57,700 bases of DNA from an uncultured bacterium (GTDB taxonomy: Bacteria; Patescibacteriota; Minisyncoccia; Phycocordibacterales; UBA9973). The stretch covers positions 1-57,700 of the forward strand of contig CAITQP010000012.1 in NCBI GenBank assembly GCA_903894565.1, in the 5' to 3' direction. Positions 44,104 to 54,392 of the stretch are shown here, piece by piece. Made by a program: the position numbers and the translations under genes. Below the pieces are notes generated by a model. The model worked only from the letters and a program-made list of their open reading frames with translations, ran no database searches and was not told the origin of the DNA. The number at the start of each line of letters is the position of its first letter. Position 1 is the first letter of the stretch.

Positions 44104-45393
44104 TTAACGAAAAATAAGTTCGAGTCGCTCCGGACCAGTCGAGATAATAGAAACAGGGACACCAACAGATTGTTCGATGAATGCGAGGTACTGCTTTGAA
44201 CCTTCAGGAAGTTCTTTTTCAGAATGAGCTCCGCGAATCGTTTTCTTCCATCCAACAAATTCTTCGTAGTTTGGAATAATTTTTTCCGCATCAGTCTCAA
44301 ATGGCATATGTGTGATCTTTTCGCCATCTACAGTATAGGTGGTCGCAACTTTGATCGTGTCGCATTCAGAAAGAATATCGAGTTTGGTGATAGCGAGTTC
44401 GCTTACGCCCGAGAGCATGACAGCCTTCTTGAGAGCAACGATATCAAGCCATCCACATCCACGTGGTCGTCCCGTGACTGCACCAAACTCTCCTCCCCAC
44501 TCTCGAAGCTTCGCTTCCATTTCAGGCTCACAGCGAGTTGGAAATGGTCCTGAACCGACGCGAGTTACGTATGCTTTCATGATACCGATCACACGGCCAA
44601 TCTTTTGTGGTGCAACACCGAGCCCCGTACATACTCCAGCGGCGATTGTATTACTCGAAGTCACGAATGGATACGTGAATCCATGATCAATGTCGAGCAA
44701 ACTTGCCTGTGCGCCTTCAGCAAGAATTTTCTTTCCTGCATCCAATTGTGCGTTCACGAAGTTTGAACATTCAACAAAAGTAAATGTTTTGAGATATTCA
44801 ATAGCGTCAAAAAAGTCTCGTTCATTTTTCTCAAATAATTCTTTATCAACCGCAAATCCCATTGAATCAAGCAGCATGCGATGGTGAGATGTGAGCGAAT
44901 CGTATTTCTCTTTAAAGTTTTCTGTAAAAATATGTCCGCTGCGAATTCCCAGACGTCCAACTTTGTCCATGTATGTTGGTCCAATACCACGGAGTGTTGT
45001 TCCAATTTTACCGACACCCTTTTTTTCTTCAGTCGCTTTGTCGAGGAGTTTGTGCGTAGGAAGTACAAGGTTTGCTTCTTTTGAAAGGACAAGTCGCTTT
45101 TTTGCGCCACGAACATACTTCTCAACTTCTTCCAATTCGTCGCGGAAAGCAACAGGATCAAGCACAACGTTTGCACCAATGAGATTCATCGGTGCGCTGA
45201 TGATACCTGATGGCAATGTGCGGAGCACAATCTTTTGCTCGCCAACAAACACTGTGTGACCGGCGTTCGATCCACCTTGAAATCTCGCAACAAGATCATA
45301 CTTGCCTGCGATTGCGTCGACTATTTTTCCTTTTCCCTCATCTCCCCATTGCAGGCCGATTACTACGTCAATCTTGTTATCATTCGTTTGCAT
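44104..45393 (-). CDS. purA: Adenylosuccinate synthetase
   Basis: GLQWGDEGKGKIVD and GIGPTY motifs. Length is 429 aa. Confidence 0.95.
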   Translation of the reverse strand: MQTNDNKIDVVIGLQWGDEGKGKIVDAIAGKYDLVARFQGGSNAGHTVFVGEQKIVLRTLPSGIISAPMNLIGANVVLDPVAFRDELEEVEKYVRGAKKRLVLSKEANLVLPTHKLLDKATEEKKGVGKIGTTLRGIGPTYMDKVGRLGIRSGHIFTENFKEKYDSLTSHHRMLLDSMGFAVDKELFEKNERDFFDAIEYLKTFTFVECSNFVNAQLDAGKKILAEGAQASLLDIDHGFTYPFVTSSNTIAAGVCTGLGVAPQKIGRVIGIMKAYVTRVGSGPFPTRCEPEMEAKLREWGGEFGAVTGRPRGCGWLDIVALKKAVMLSGVSELAITKLDILSECDTIKVATTYTVDGEKITHMPFETDAEKIIPNYEEFVGWKKTIRGAHSEKELPEGSKQYLAFIEQSVGVPVSIISTGPERLELIFR

Positions 45394-45413
45394 ATAGATA
45401 GAATAGAGAAAAA

Positions 45414-46877
<1,464 letters not shown>

Positions 46878-46964
46878 TCAACTATAGCATAAAAACCGGA
46901 AACCTCCAAATCCAGATTATGGGCTTGTTTTCTAAGCTTTTCGAGTGGTATTATAGTCATATCT

Positions 46965-47657
46965 ATGCGACTTCACCGCTTTATTGGCACTTTTGATCTA
47001 AGCCAAAAGACACTTGCTATTACTGATAGCGAACTCGCTTCGCAGTGGCGCAACGTGCTTCGCTTAAAAACAGGAGATACTATCATTCTCTGTGATGGTA
47101 AAGGGCTTGAAGCTCATGCAACTATTACGGGTATGGATCGAAGTTCGGCTCAGGTAAGTATTGAAAGCGTTGAAAAGCCAGAACGTGTGGCGCGCAAAAA
47201 AGCGGAGCTTTTTTGCGCGCTCCTAAAACGCGAAAACTTCGAACTCATCTGCCAAAAGGCCACCGAAATTGGTATCGAAACCATCACGCCAATCCTCACC
47301 AACCGCACCGTAAAAACTGGCTTCAATCGTGAGCGTATCGAAAAGATCATTCGCGAAGCAAGTGAACAATCTGGACGCACAACACTCCCCGTTCTCAATG
47401 AGCCAACGACGCTTGCCGAAGCTATGATTTCAGTTACCCCAGGACGTTCAGTCTTTTTTGATCTCAGTGGCAAGGAACTAACGCAAGAAGAATACACCTC
47501 TGAAATCACGAGTTGCTTTATTGGGCCCGAAGGAGGCTTCACCGAAGAAGAAACAGAAACAGCTCAAAAAACAGGACTCATCATTGGCTCACTTGGAAAA
47601 CTTACGCTTAGGGGAGAAACCGCTGCCATCGTCGCCTCGTATCTCATCACTCGATAA
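46965..47657 (+). CDS. rsmE: 16S rRNA (uracil1498-N3)-methyltransferase
   Basis: MRLHRFI start, and the FIGPEGGFTEEE and LRGETAA motifs. Confidence 0.85.
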   Translation: MRLHRFIGTFDLSQKTLAITDSELASQWRNVLRLKTGDTIILCDGKGLEAHATITGMDRSSAQVSIESVEKPERVARKKAELFCALLKRENFELICQKATEIGIETITPILTNRTVKTGFNRERIEKIIREASEQSGRTTLPVLNEPTTLAEAMISVTPGRSVFFDLSGKELTQEEYTSEITSCFIGPEGGFTEEETETAQKTGLIIGSLGKLTLRGETAAIVASYLITR

Positions 47658-47667
47658 AATACTTTTC

Positions 47668-47707
47668 CCGCACAAAAAAATCGCCCGAAGGCGATTTTTT
47701 TGTGCGG
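47668..47707. terminator. Clamped bidirectional terminator
   Basis: ccgcac-A7-tcgcc-cgaa-ggcga-T7-gtgcgg (18-bp stem). Confidence 0.8.
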
Positions 47708-47708
47708 A

Positions 47709-48341
47709 TTAGAGACCCGCGATAGCGACTGCTGGTACAGTTGGAGTAGAATCAATCTGATTCATCACCCACTTCACATTGAAGACATAACTTGCGTTCG
47801 CTTCACCGTTGTACACTTTCAGTCTTTTTACAAAGTCTTTGTTCATGTAAAACCGCGCCGTACCATCACTTTGACCCGCGAGAGTCTTGGCGACAGTTTC
47901 AATGGCTTCGTCGGCTGAATGAAACTTTGTTCCATTACATGATCCGTACCCAAATCCGTTCCATTTGTCGTTCGGACACGAATAAGCAAGACCTGAGGAC
48001 TCAACCTGTAGAATTCCAGCAAGAGAGTAGTCTGGAAGACCGTATTTACGGGCTGTCGAGACAAGCTTCATACCGAGACCTTCTGCCGGACGATCGTATT
48101 TGGCAAAGAAAGCGTCTACTTTTGCTGCCTTGAGTGCAAGGTCAGACTGAACCTCTTGATCAAGATCGGACTGTTTGTTATCAGTACTCTCAACCACGAG
48201 GGGCCCTATTTTATCTGGAGATATAGCTACTGCAATTGGTGACTGTGCAAGAACGCCAGAAACTGGGTTCAATGCAAAGCTCGCTGCCAAAATGGGAACG
48301 GCAACGAATGAATGCAGGGATTGTTTCAAATACTTTTGCAT
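47709..48341 (-). CDS. Secreted protein, possibly lysozyme/SLT-like
   Basis: Signal-like N-terminus. The GLPDYSLAGILQVESSG segment resembles the SLT catalytic Glu-Ser region. The call is weak. Confidence 0.4.
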   Translation of the reverse strand: MQKYLKQSLHSFVAVPILAASFALNPVSGVLAQSPIAVAISPDKIGPLVVESTDNKQSDLDQEVQSDLALKAAKVDAFFAKYDRPAEGLGMKLVSTARKYGLPDYSLAGILQVESSGLAYSCPNDKWNGFGYGSCNGTKFHSADEAIETVAKTLAGQSDGTARFYMNKDFVKRLKVYNGEANASYVFNVKWVMNQIDSTPTVPAVAIAGL

Positions 48342-48604
48342 AATATGACGGTATTTGCTCCGCCAACGTCTCTTTTCGGGAAGGTTTTTTCAATTTCTTG
48401 CCAGAAACGAAAAAAGAACCATACAATATTTGTAATAAGCTTTCGCCTTTACCATATCAGGTTCCCAAACATAGTATCACAAAGCACCCTCCACGTCAAT
48501 AGTTATACAACATTTTTAGAGGGTGTCAAAACGATAAAACCCTTATTTTATAAGGGTTTTATCGAGCACATATGTTGACGACTTGTCTAGTATTGTAGTC
48601 TAAT

Positions 48605-48904
48605 TTAGTGACTGTGGACATCATGACCATGAACAACGTGGTTTGGACGTTCACCGATGTTCGACAGGATGACTGGCTCAGCCATAGGATGGGCACTTTT
48701 AATAGCATTTTTGACTTGTTCGGCGTAATTGCGGTGAACCAAGACCTGAATTTTTACATATTCAGGGTTGGTAAACTGCCAAGCACGACTAAAGTCCGGA
48801 AACAAGGCGAATATCTTATGGTAGTACTCCGTGTTATGGATATATGACGCATAAATAATCGCGAGGACCAAAACACAAAAGAGGGCTTGAAGCATGATAG
48901 ACAT
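48605..48904 (-). CDS. Small N-terminally anchored protein with a His-rich C-terminus
   Basis: TM helix LQALFCVLVLAIIYASYI and tail HVVHGHDVHSH. It lies 21 nt downstream of the giant gene. Confidence 0.45.
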   Translation of the reverse strand: MSIMLQALFCVLVLAIIYASYIHNTEYYHKIFALFPDFSRAWQFTNPEYVKIQVLVHRNYAEQVKNAIKSAHPMAEPVILSNIGERPNHVVHGHDVHSH

Positions 48905-48925
48905 AGGACATGCACTATACCCTAC

Positions 48926-51900
48926 CTAGTTACAGAAGGAAACATCTGCTCCGTATGCCGTCCCTCCAGTATTGGTAGCAAAGGCACGCATGTGCCATGG
49001 CGCGTTACAGGAGATTGCCGAGTGAAGTGGATCACTTGCCATCGTCCCTCCTGCCGTTGGAAGACCAGAAGCAACAACAGAGAATGAACCTGTTGTACTA
49101 CGGATGCCTCCAGTTGGGGTTGAAGCAGCGATTGTTGTTCCATATGAAGTCGTTGGTCCGTAATTAAATCCAACGTTATTCACTACCCCGGTACCACCAG
49201 TAGCCGTAAGGTTACCGATAAATGTTGCCGTAGAAATAGAAGCCATACTTGCTGATACCGTCGTTACAGCTGGATTACATGGGAGCGTTGTGAATGTGAG
49301 GTCAGATCCATATGCCGTGCCAGCTGTGTTTGTTGCGAAGGCTCGGTAGTGATAGAGAGTACTGCACGTGAGACTTGAAACCGTCGAGCTATACACGGCA
49401 ACTCCAGAAAGTGAACCGTATGTTGCGGTAGTTCCGTATGACGTTGTAGTTCCGTAGTTGAATCCAACAGTAGCACTTCCCGCCCCTCCAAGATTGGTAA
49501 GATTTCCTGACAAAGCACTTGATGTTTGCGTTATCGAACCCGAGGATACGGTGAGAACCAGAGGAAGACATGGAGCCGTTGTGAATACTGTATCAGCACC
49601 ACGTGTCGTACCAGTGATATTGGTTGCAAATGCTTGATAGTGATATGTCGTGTTACATGAGAGACCCGTCAATCCAGTTGCAAATGAAGTTACTCCAAAA
49701 GAACCAGTCGTTGTGCTCGTTGTACCATATGCTGTCGTTGTTCCATAGTTGAATCCAACGGCAGTTTCATTTGCTCCACCAGTCGAAACGATAGCCCCGT
49801 TCATCGTAGCACTTGTCGCCGTTACCAAAGTTGCTGAGTTCGTCACAACATTTGGCAATCCAACTGGACATGGACTCGTCGTAAACGTGAGATCAGATCC
49901 GTAAACAGTTCCAGCCGTATTTGTTGCAAACGCTTGGTAATGATAGAGCGTGTTACAAGTGAGACTCGAAGTACTCGAATTGAACAAACCAACACTCGAC
50001 ATTCCACCATACGTAAGAGTGCTTCCATATGCAGTTGTTGTTCCGTAATTGAATCCAGTCGTAGTCGATAGTGCCCCACCGGTAGCCGTAAGCGAGCCAT
50101 TCAATGTTGCGCTCGTTGTCGTGATTGATGTTGCTGAGACCGTCGCTACTGTTGGACGTCCAACAGGACAAGGACTTGTGGTAAATGTCATGTCGAGTCC
50201 GTGATTAGAACCGAATGAGTTGAGCGCCGATGCACGGAAATGATAGAGAGTCCCACACGTGAGACCAGAAATTGAATCATTAAATGAACCGACTCCATGA
50301 GGTATTCCTGATGTAGACATCGAATATGCAGTTGTAGTGTCGTAATCAAAGTACGTTACAGTCGAAGGATCTCCTCCATCTGAAAGCAGATTACCATTCA
50401 AAGTTGCAGTCGTCATTGTGAGACCACTTGAAGAAGTTGTTGCGACTGACGCTCCCGTAATACAAGGATTTGTGGTAAATGTCATATCAGCCCCGTAGCC
50501 AGTAGCACCCAAAGTATTCGTTGCATACGCTTGATAGTGATACAAAGTATTACAATCGAGAGATACAGCATCGCTCAAAAAACTACCTGGAGCAGAAAGA
50601 ACAGGAAAGGCAGAGAGGGTCATACCATAGGCAGTCGTTGTTCCATAATTAAATCCTGGATAAGCATTCGTCGAACCGGAACCAATGACAGTAACTGAAC
50701 CATTCAATTGAGCATACGTGTCCGTGATCAAAGCCGCTGCGTGTGTAACAACTACCGGCGGAGCAATCGCACAAGTGCTTGTTGTGAATGTGAGGTCAGA
50801 TCCAAAACCAGCTCCAGCACTATTCGTACCGAACGCTCTATAGTGATATGTTGTTCCACACGAAAGACCAGTAAGGTCAGTGCTAAATGCTCCAACTCCG
50901 TATGAGCCAGTCGTTCCCGCAGTTGATCCATATGAAGTCGTCGTTCCGTAATTAAATCCACGGCCGATAATTGTTGATCCACCAGTAGCAGTAATTGTTC
51001 CGTTGAGTGTTGCTGTTGTAAGCGCGACAGAAGTTGCTGAATTTGTAACCACCGTTGGAATGCCGACAGGACAAGCGCTTGTCGTAAACGATAGATCTAA
51101 ACCATATGCCGTGCCAGAAGTATTCGTAGCAAACGCTTGGTAATGATAGATCGTATTACACGTAAGCGATGTAAGCGCACTCGTAAACGCTCCAACTCCA
51201 TAGGAGCCAGTCGTCGAACTCGTACTTCCGTACGCAGTCGTCGTTCCATAATTGAATCCACGAGTTGTTGCATTCACTCCGCCAGTTGCAGTGATTGATC
51301 CATTGAGTGTCGCACTCGTCATCGCAATCGTTGTCGCAGCAGTCGTCACAACAGTCGGCAATCCAACTGGACATGGGAGCGTGGTGAATGTGAGGTCAGA
51401 TCCATATGCAGTACCTGCGGTGTTTGTTGCGAATGCTCGATAGTGGTATGTCGTATTGCACGAGAGTCCTGTTTCATTTGCACTGAACGAGCCAACCCCA
51501 AATGAACCAGTCGAAGTACCCGTCGATCCATAGGCGGTTGTTGTTCCATAATTGAACCCACGAGCAGTAACAGTCGCTCCACCAGTAGAAGTAATTGTTC
51601 CGTTAATCGTGCCGCTCGAAATAGTGATGGAAGTAGCAGTATTGGTCGTCACTACAGCTAACCCAACAGGACACGCGGTAGTTGTGAATGTGAGGTCAGG
51701 TCCATATGCGGTCCCTGCGGTGTTCGTACCATATGCTTGATAGTGATATGTCGTATTACACACGAGCCCAGTCAATCCTTTATTGAATACTCCCGTCGCA
51801 GTCATCGGAGTCGTGATGGTAGCTATCGATCCATAGGCAGTTGTTGTTCCGTAATTAAAACCAACAGTCACACTTGATGATCCGCCAAGATTGGTTAGGC

Positions 51901-53647
51901 TACCATTTAGCGTCGCAGAAGATGACGTAACACTTGTCGCTGCAGTCGTCACAACAGTCGGCAATCCAACTGGACATGGGAGCGTGGTGAATGTGAGGTC
52001 AGATCCATAGGCAGTACCTGCGGTGTTTGTTGCCGAAGCTCGGAAATGATACAGCGTACCACAAGCAAACATTGATGGTGCTGTTGAGAATGAACCTGTT
52101 GCCGTCATTGGCTGAGCTGGCGTGCCTGCAGTTAAGTGAGTACCATATGCGGTTGTTGTTCCATAATCAAAATATGCTGTTGTATTCATTGCACCGCCAA
52201 GTGAGGCCAAGTTCCCAAATAAAACTGCTGAGTTTGTCGTGATTGATCCTGCTGGATTTGTTGTCACAACAGGAAGCAGTACCGGGCACGAACTTGTCGT
52301 AAATGCGAGGTCAGATCCCCATCCTTGACCAACCGTGTTTGTTGCATACGCGCGAAAATGATACGCCGTATTACAGGTAAGTCCTGTGATGTTGAGAGTA
52401 AATGGACCTGTCGCATATGAGCCCGATGCACTAATTGAAGGATCCGTTCCCGTTGTTGTGGTCGTCGTGGTGTTGTATCCAAAACCAATCGCAGTTGCGT
52501 TCGGATATTCTGCCGAGATACTTCCGTTGAATGTTGCTGTAGTTGCAGTAACCGCTGTCGCAGAAACAGTCACTACCGTTGGAAGCGCTGGTGGAGTACA
52601 TGCGGGTGTATCAAAATACAGATTCACAAAACTAGGGGTCGTGACTGACGCGTAGTTTTGCATACTTGCAGTCGCGAGATAGTGCGTAGCACATGTGAGA
52701 CCGGTAATCGTACCGGAAAATGTTCCCGTTCCAAATGTTCCGTGTTCAGTCCAAGAACGAGTTGCAGTTCCAGTGACGGCATCAACTTCACGAAGTGCAA
52801 CAGATGACCCACTCGTACCAAGTGATGAAATATTCGCGGTGACTGTTGCCGTGGTCTGACTTGTTGCAACAGCAGACACAACATCAACAACCGGAGGAAG
52901 GACTGGACAGGCGGGAACGGTTACTGTTTTTGATTGATATCCCGTTGGACCAGTCAGTGTCGAGCGAGCCATTCCATCGATACCTGTAGCGGTGGAATTA
53001 AATGTATACGTAACCGGAGCAGTACCGCAAGAAGTCGTATATGTTGCAGTAAAAAGTCCGTTTGTTGCCCCCGTTCCAGTAAATGCAGTCTGAGTACCAT
53101 ACCCTGAAGCGACGGTGAACGAAGTCGCCGTGCCAATGAGCGGTGTCGCAGAAAAGGCAACACTCACTGAGGGAGATGATCCGAGATCATTCACTTGGCC
53201 CACAACAGAGACAACGCTCCCCGACAATGTTGCCGAATTTATTTGCACGCTTGGAGCAACAGGAGAACATGACGTTGTCACAAATGACGACGTCGAGCCG
53301 CGAATCGTACCATCAATGGTCGTTGCAAATGCTTGATAGGTATATCGAGTACCACACGTAAGTCCAGTAAGTGTTGCCGTTATTGGAAACGATGTCACGT
53401 TCCATGATCCTGTATATATGATGTCAGGTCCAAAAGTCCCAGTGAAACCAGTGGCAGTAACGACAGGACTGATAATTGTCGTTGTCCCAAACACGTTAGC
53501 TCCGATGATCGCGCTCGTTCTCGTGATACCAGAAGCTACTGTTCCCGTATCAACGCGATACAAAGTACCAGCGTTTGCTTGATGTGTCGCAACACCCAGC
53601 GAGAGAACCGCTACAAACAACCCAACAAAAAAAGAATATTTTTTCAT
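48926..53647 (-). CDS. Giant secreted protein made of at least 13 tandem FN3-like modules
   Basis: Signal peptide MKKYSFFVGLFVAVLSLGVATHQANA (start set at Met9). The module recurs as FNYGTTTAYG...GL.CNT.YHY(Q/R)AFATNTAGTAYGSDLTFTT.PCP. Confidence 0.85.
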   Translation of the reverse strand: MKKYSFFVGLFVAVLSLGVATHQANAGTLYRVDTGTVASGITRTSAIIGANVFGTTTIISPVVTATGFTGTFGPDIIYTGSWNVTSFPITATLTGLTCGTRYTYQAFATTIDGTIRGSTSSFVTTSCSPVAPSVQINSATLSGSVVSVVGQVNDLGSSPSVSVAFSATPLIGTATSFTVASGYGTQTAFTGTGATNGLFTATYTTSCGTAPVTYTFNSTATGIDGMARSTLTGPTGYQSKTVTVPACPVLPPVVDVVSAVATSQTTATVTANISSLGTSGSSVALREVDAVTGTATRSWTEHGTFGTGTFSGTITGLTCATHYLATASMQNYASVTTPSFVNLYFDTPACTPPALPTVVTVSATAVTATTATFNGSISAEYPNATAIGFGYNTTTTTTTGTDPSISASGSYATGPFTLNITGLTCNTAYHFRAYATNTVGQGWGSDLAFTTSSCPVLLPVVTTNPAGSITTNSAVLFGNLASLGGAMNTTAYFDYGTTTAYGTHLTAGTPAQPMTATGSFSTAPSMFACGTLYHFRASATNTAGTAYGSDLTFTTLPCPVGLPTVVTTAATSVTSSSATLNGSLTNLGGSSSVTVGFNYGTTTAYGSIATITTPMTATGVFNKGLTGLVCNTTYHYQAYGTNTAGTAYGPDLTFTTTACPVGLAVVTTNTATSITISSGTINGTITSTGGATVTARGFNYGTTTAYGSTGTSTGSFGVGSFSANETGLSCNTTYHYRAFATNTAGTAYGSDLTFTTLPCPVGLPTVVTTAATTIAMTSATLNGSITATGGVNATTRGFNYGTTTAYGSTSSTTGSYGVGAFTSALTSLTCNTIYHYQAFATNTSGTAYGLDLSFTTSACPVGIPTVVTNSATSVALTTATLNGTITATGGSTIIGRGFNYGTTTSYGSTAGTTGSYGVGAFSTDLTGLSCGTTYHYRAFGTNSAGAGFGSDLTFTTSTCAIAPPVVVTHAAALITDTYAQLNGSVTVIGSGSTNAYPGFNYGTTTAYGMTLSAFPVLSAPGSFLSDAVSLDCNTLYHYQAYATNTLGATGYGADMTFTTNPCITGASVATTSSSGLTMTTATLNGNLLSDGGDPSTVTYFDYDTTTAYSMSTSGIPHGVGSFNDSISGLTCGTLYHFRASALNSFGSNHGLDMTFTTSPCPVGRPTVATVSATSITTTSATLNGSLTATGGALSTTTGFNYGTTTAYGSTLTYGGMSSVGLFNSSTSSLTCNTLYHYQAFATNTAGTVYGSDLTFTTSPCPVGLPNVVTNSATLVTATSATMNGAIVSTGGANETAVGFNYGTTTAYGTTSTTTGSFGVTSFATGLTGLSCNTTYHYQAFATNITGTTRGADTVFTTAPCLPLVLTVSSGSITQTSSALSGNLTNLGGAGSATVGFNYGTTTSYGTTATYGSLSGVAVYSSTVSSLTCSTLYHYRAFATNTAGTAYGSDLTFTTLPCNPAVTTVSASMASISTATFIGNLTATGGTGVVNNVGFNYGPTTSYGTTIAASTPTGGIRSTTGSFSVVASGLPTAGGTMASDPLHSAISCNAPWHMRAFATNTGGTAYGADVSFCN
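51331..51430 (-). repeat. Near-identical 100-bp intragenic repeat, copy A
   Basis: Matches 51934-52033 with 2 mismatches by eye. The offset is 603 bp (201 codons). Confidence 0.85.
51934..52033 (-). repeat. Near-identical 100-bp intragenic repeat, copy B
   Basis: See 51331-51430. More diverged copies occur near 49274 and 51650, among others. Confidence 0.85.
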
Positions 53648-53655
53648 AGCATTCA

Positions 53656-54273
53656 TTATGTTCTTACACATGCTGATGTAGTAAAGGTAGCGTCTCCCCC
53701 GCTCGACGTTCCTGAGGTATTCGTTGCACTAATCATATAATGATATGTTGTATCGCAGATCAATTGTGTAAGTGACGCGCTCACTGAAAGTTCCGACGCG
53801 ACACTTTTTATTGTCGATCCGTATGCGGTAGTTGTTCCATACAAAAATACTGGAGTTACCGTGTTTGCTTGTGTTGTCGCGGTCAGTGCAGCATTCAATG
53901 TCGCAGTTGTTTGTGAAATGTTCGTAGCAGGAAGTGTTTTTGTAACAGGAATACTCATCGTTCCACCTCCTGCATTTAATGCAGCAAGCGTTTTGGGACC
54001 AACTCGTTTTGCGTTCGTAGGAGAGATACCCGCTTGTTTTTGAAAACGTTCGATTGCTTTTGCTGTTACTTGGCCGTAGTAACCACCGAATGAACCAGAA
54101 AGAAAACCATTATCGTGAAGGAATTGTTGAATCTTGAGTACGTTCGCCCCAGAATCACCAAAAGCAACGGGTGTCGTAAACGAATCTGTACTCGACACCG
54201 TCGTCGCACCAACACGATGCAACGGCACAAAAAATACGAGAACAAACACGATACTCAATACATATTTTTTCAT
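53656..54273 (-). CDS. Peptidoglycan-binding domain protein carrying one FN3-like module
   Basis: Signal peptide present. GDSGANVLKIQQFLHDNGFL...GQVTAKAIERFQKQAGI is PG_binding_1-like. The C-terminus CDTTYHYMISATNTSGTSSGGDATFTTSAC is the FN3-like module. Confidence 0.75.
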   Translation of the reverse strand: MKKYVLSIVFVLVFFVPLHRVGATTVSSTDSFTTPVAFGDSGANVLKIQQFLHDNGFLSGSFGGYYGQVTAKAIERFQKQAGISPTNAKRVGPKTLAALNAGGGTMSIPVTKTLPATNISQTTATLNAALTATTQANTVTPVFLYGTTTAYGSTIKSVASELSVSASLTQLICDTTYHYMISATNTSGTSSGGDATFTTSACVRT

Positions 54274-54333
54274 AAAAATTCTACGTAGTACTAATAATGG
54301 TAAAAAGCGGTGTATATAAAATACACAATAAGT

Positions 54334-54372
54334 ATACCAAATACACTCCCGCTATGGGAGTGTATTTGGTAT
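54334..54372. repeat. 17-bp perfect inverted repeat downstream of secA
   Basis: ataccaaatacactccc-gctat-gggagtgtatttggtat. There is no flanking T-run on either strand. Confidence 0.6.
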
Positions 54373-54392
54373 CTGCTTACACATGCTCTGTA

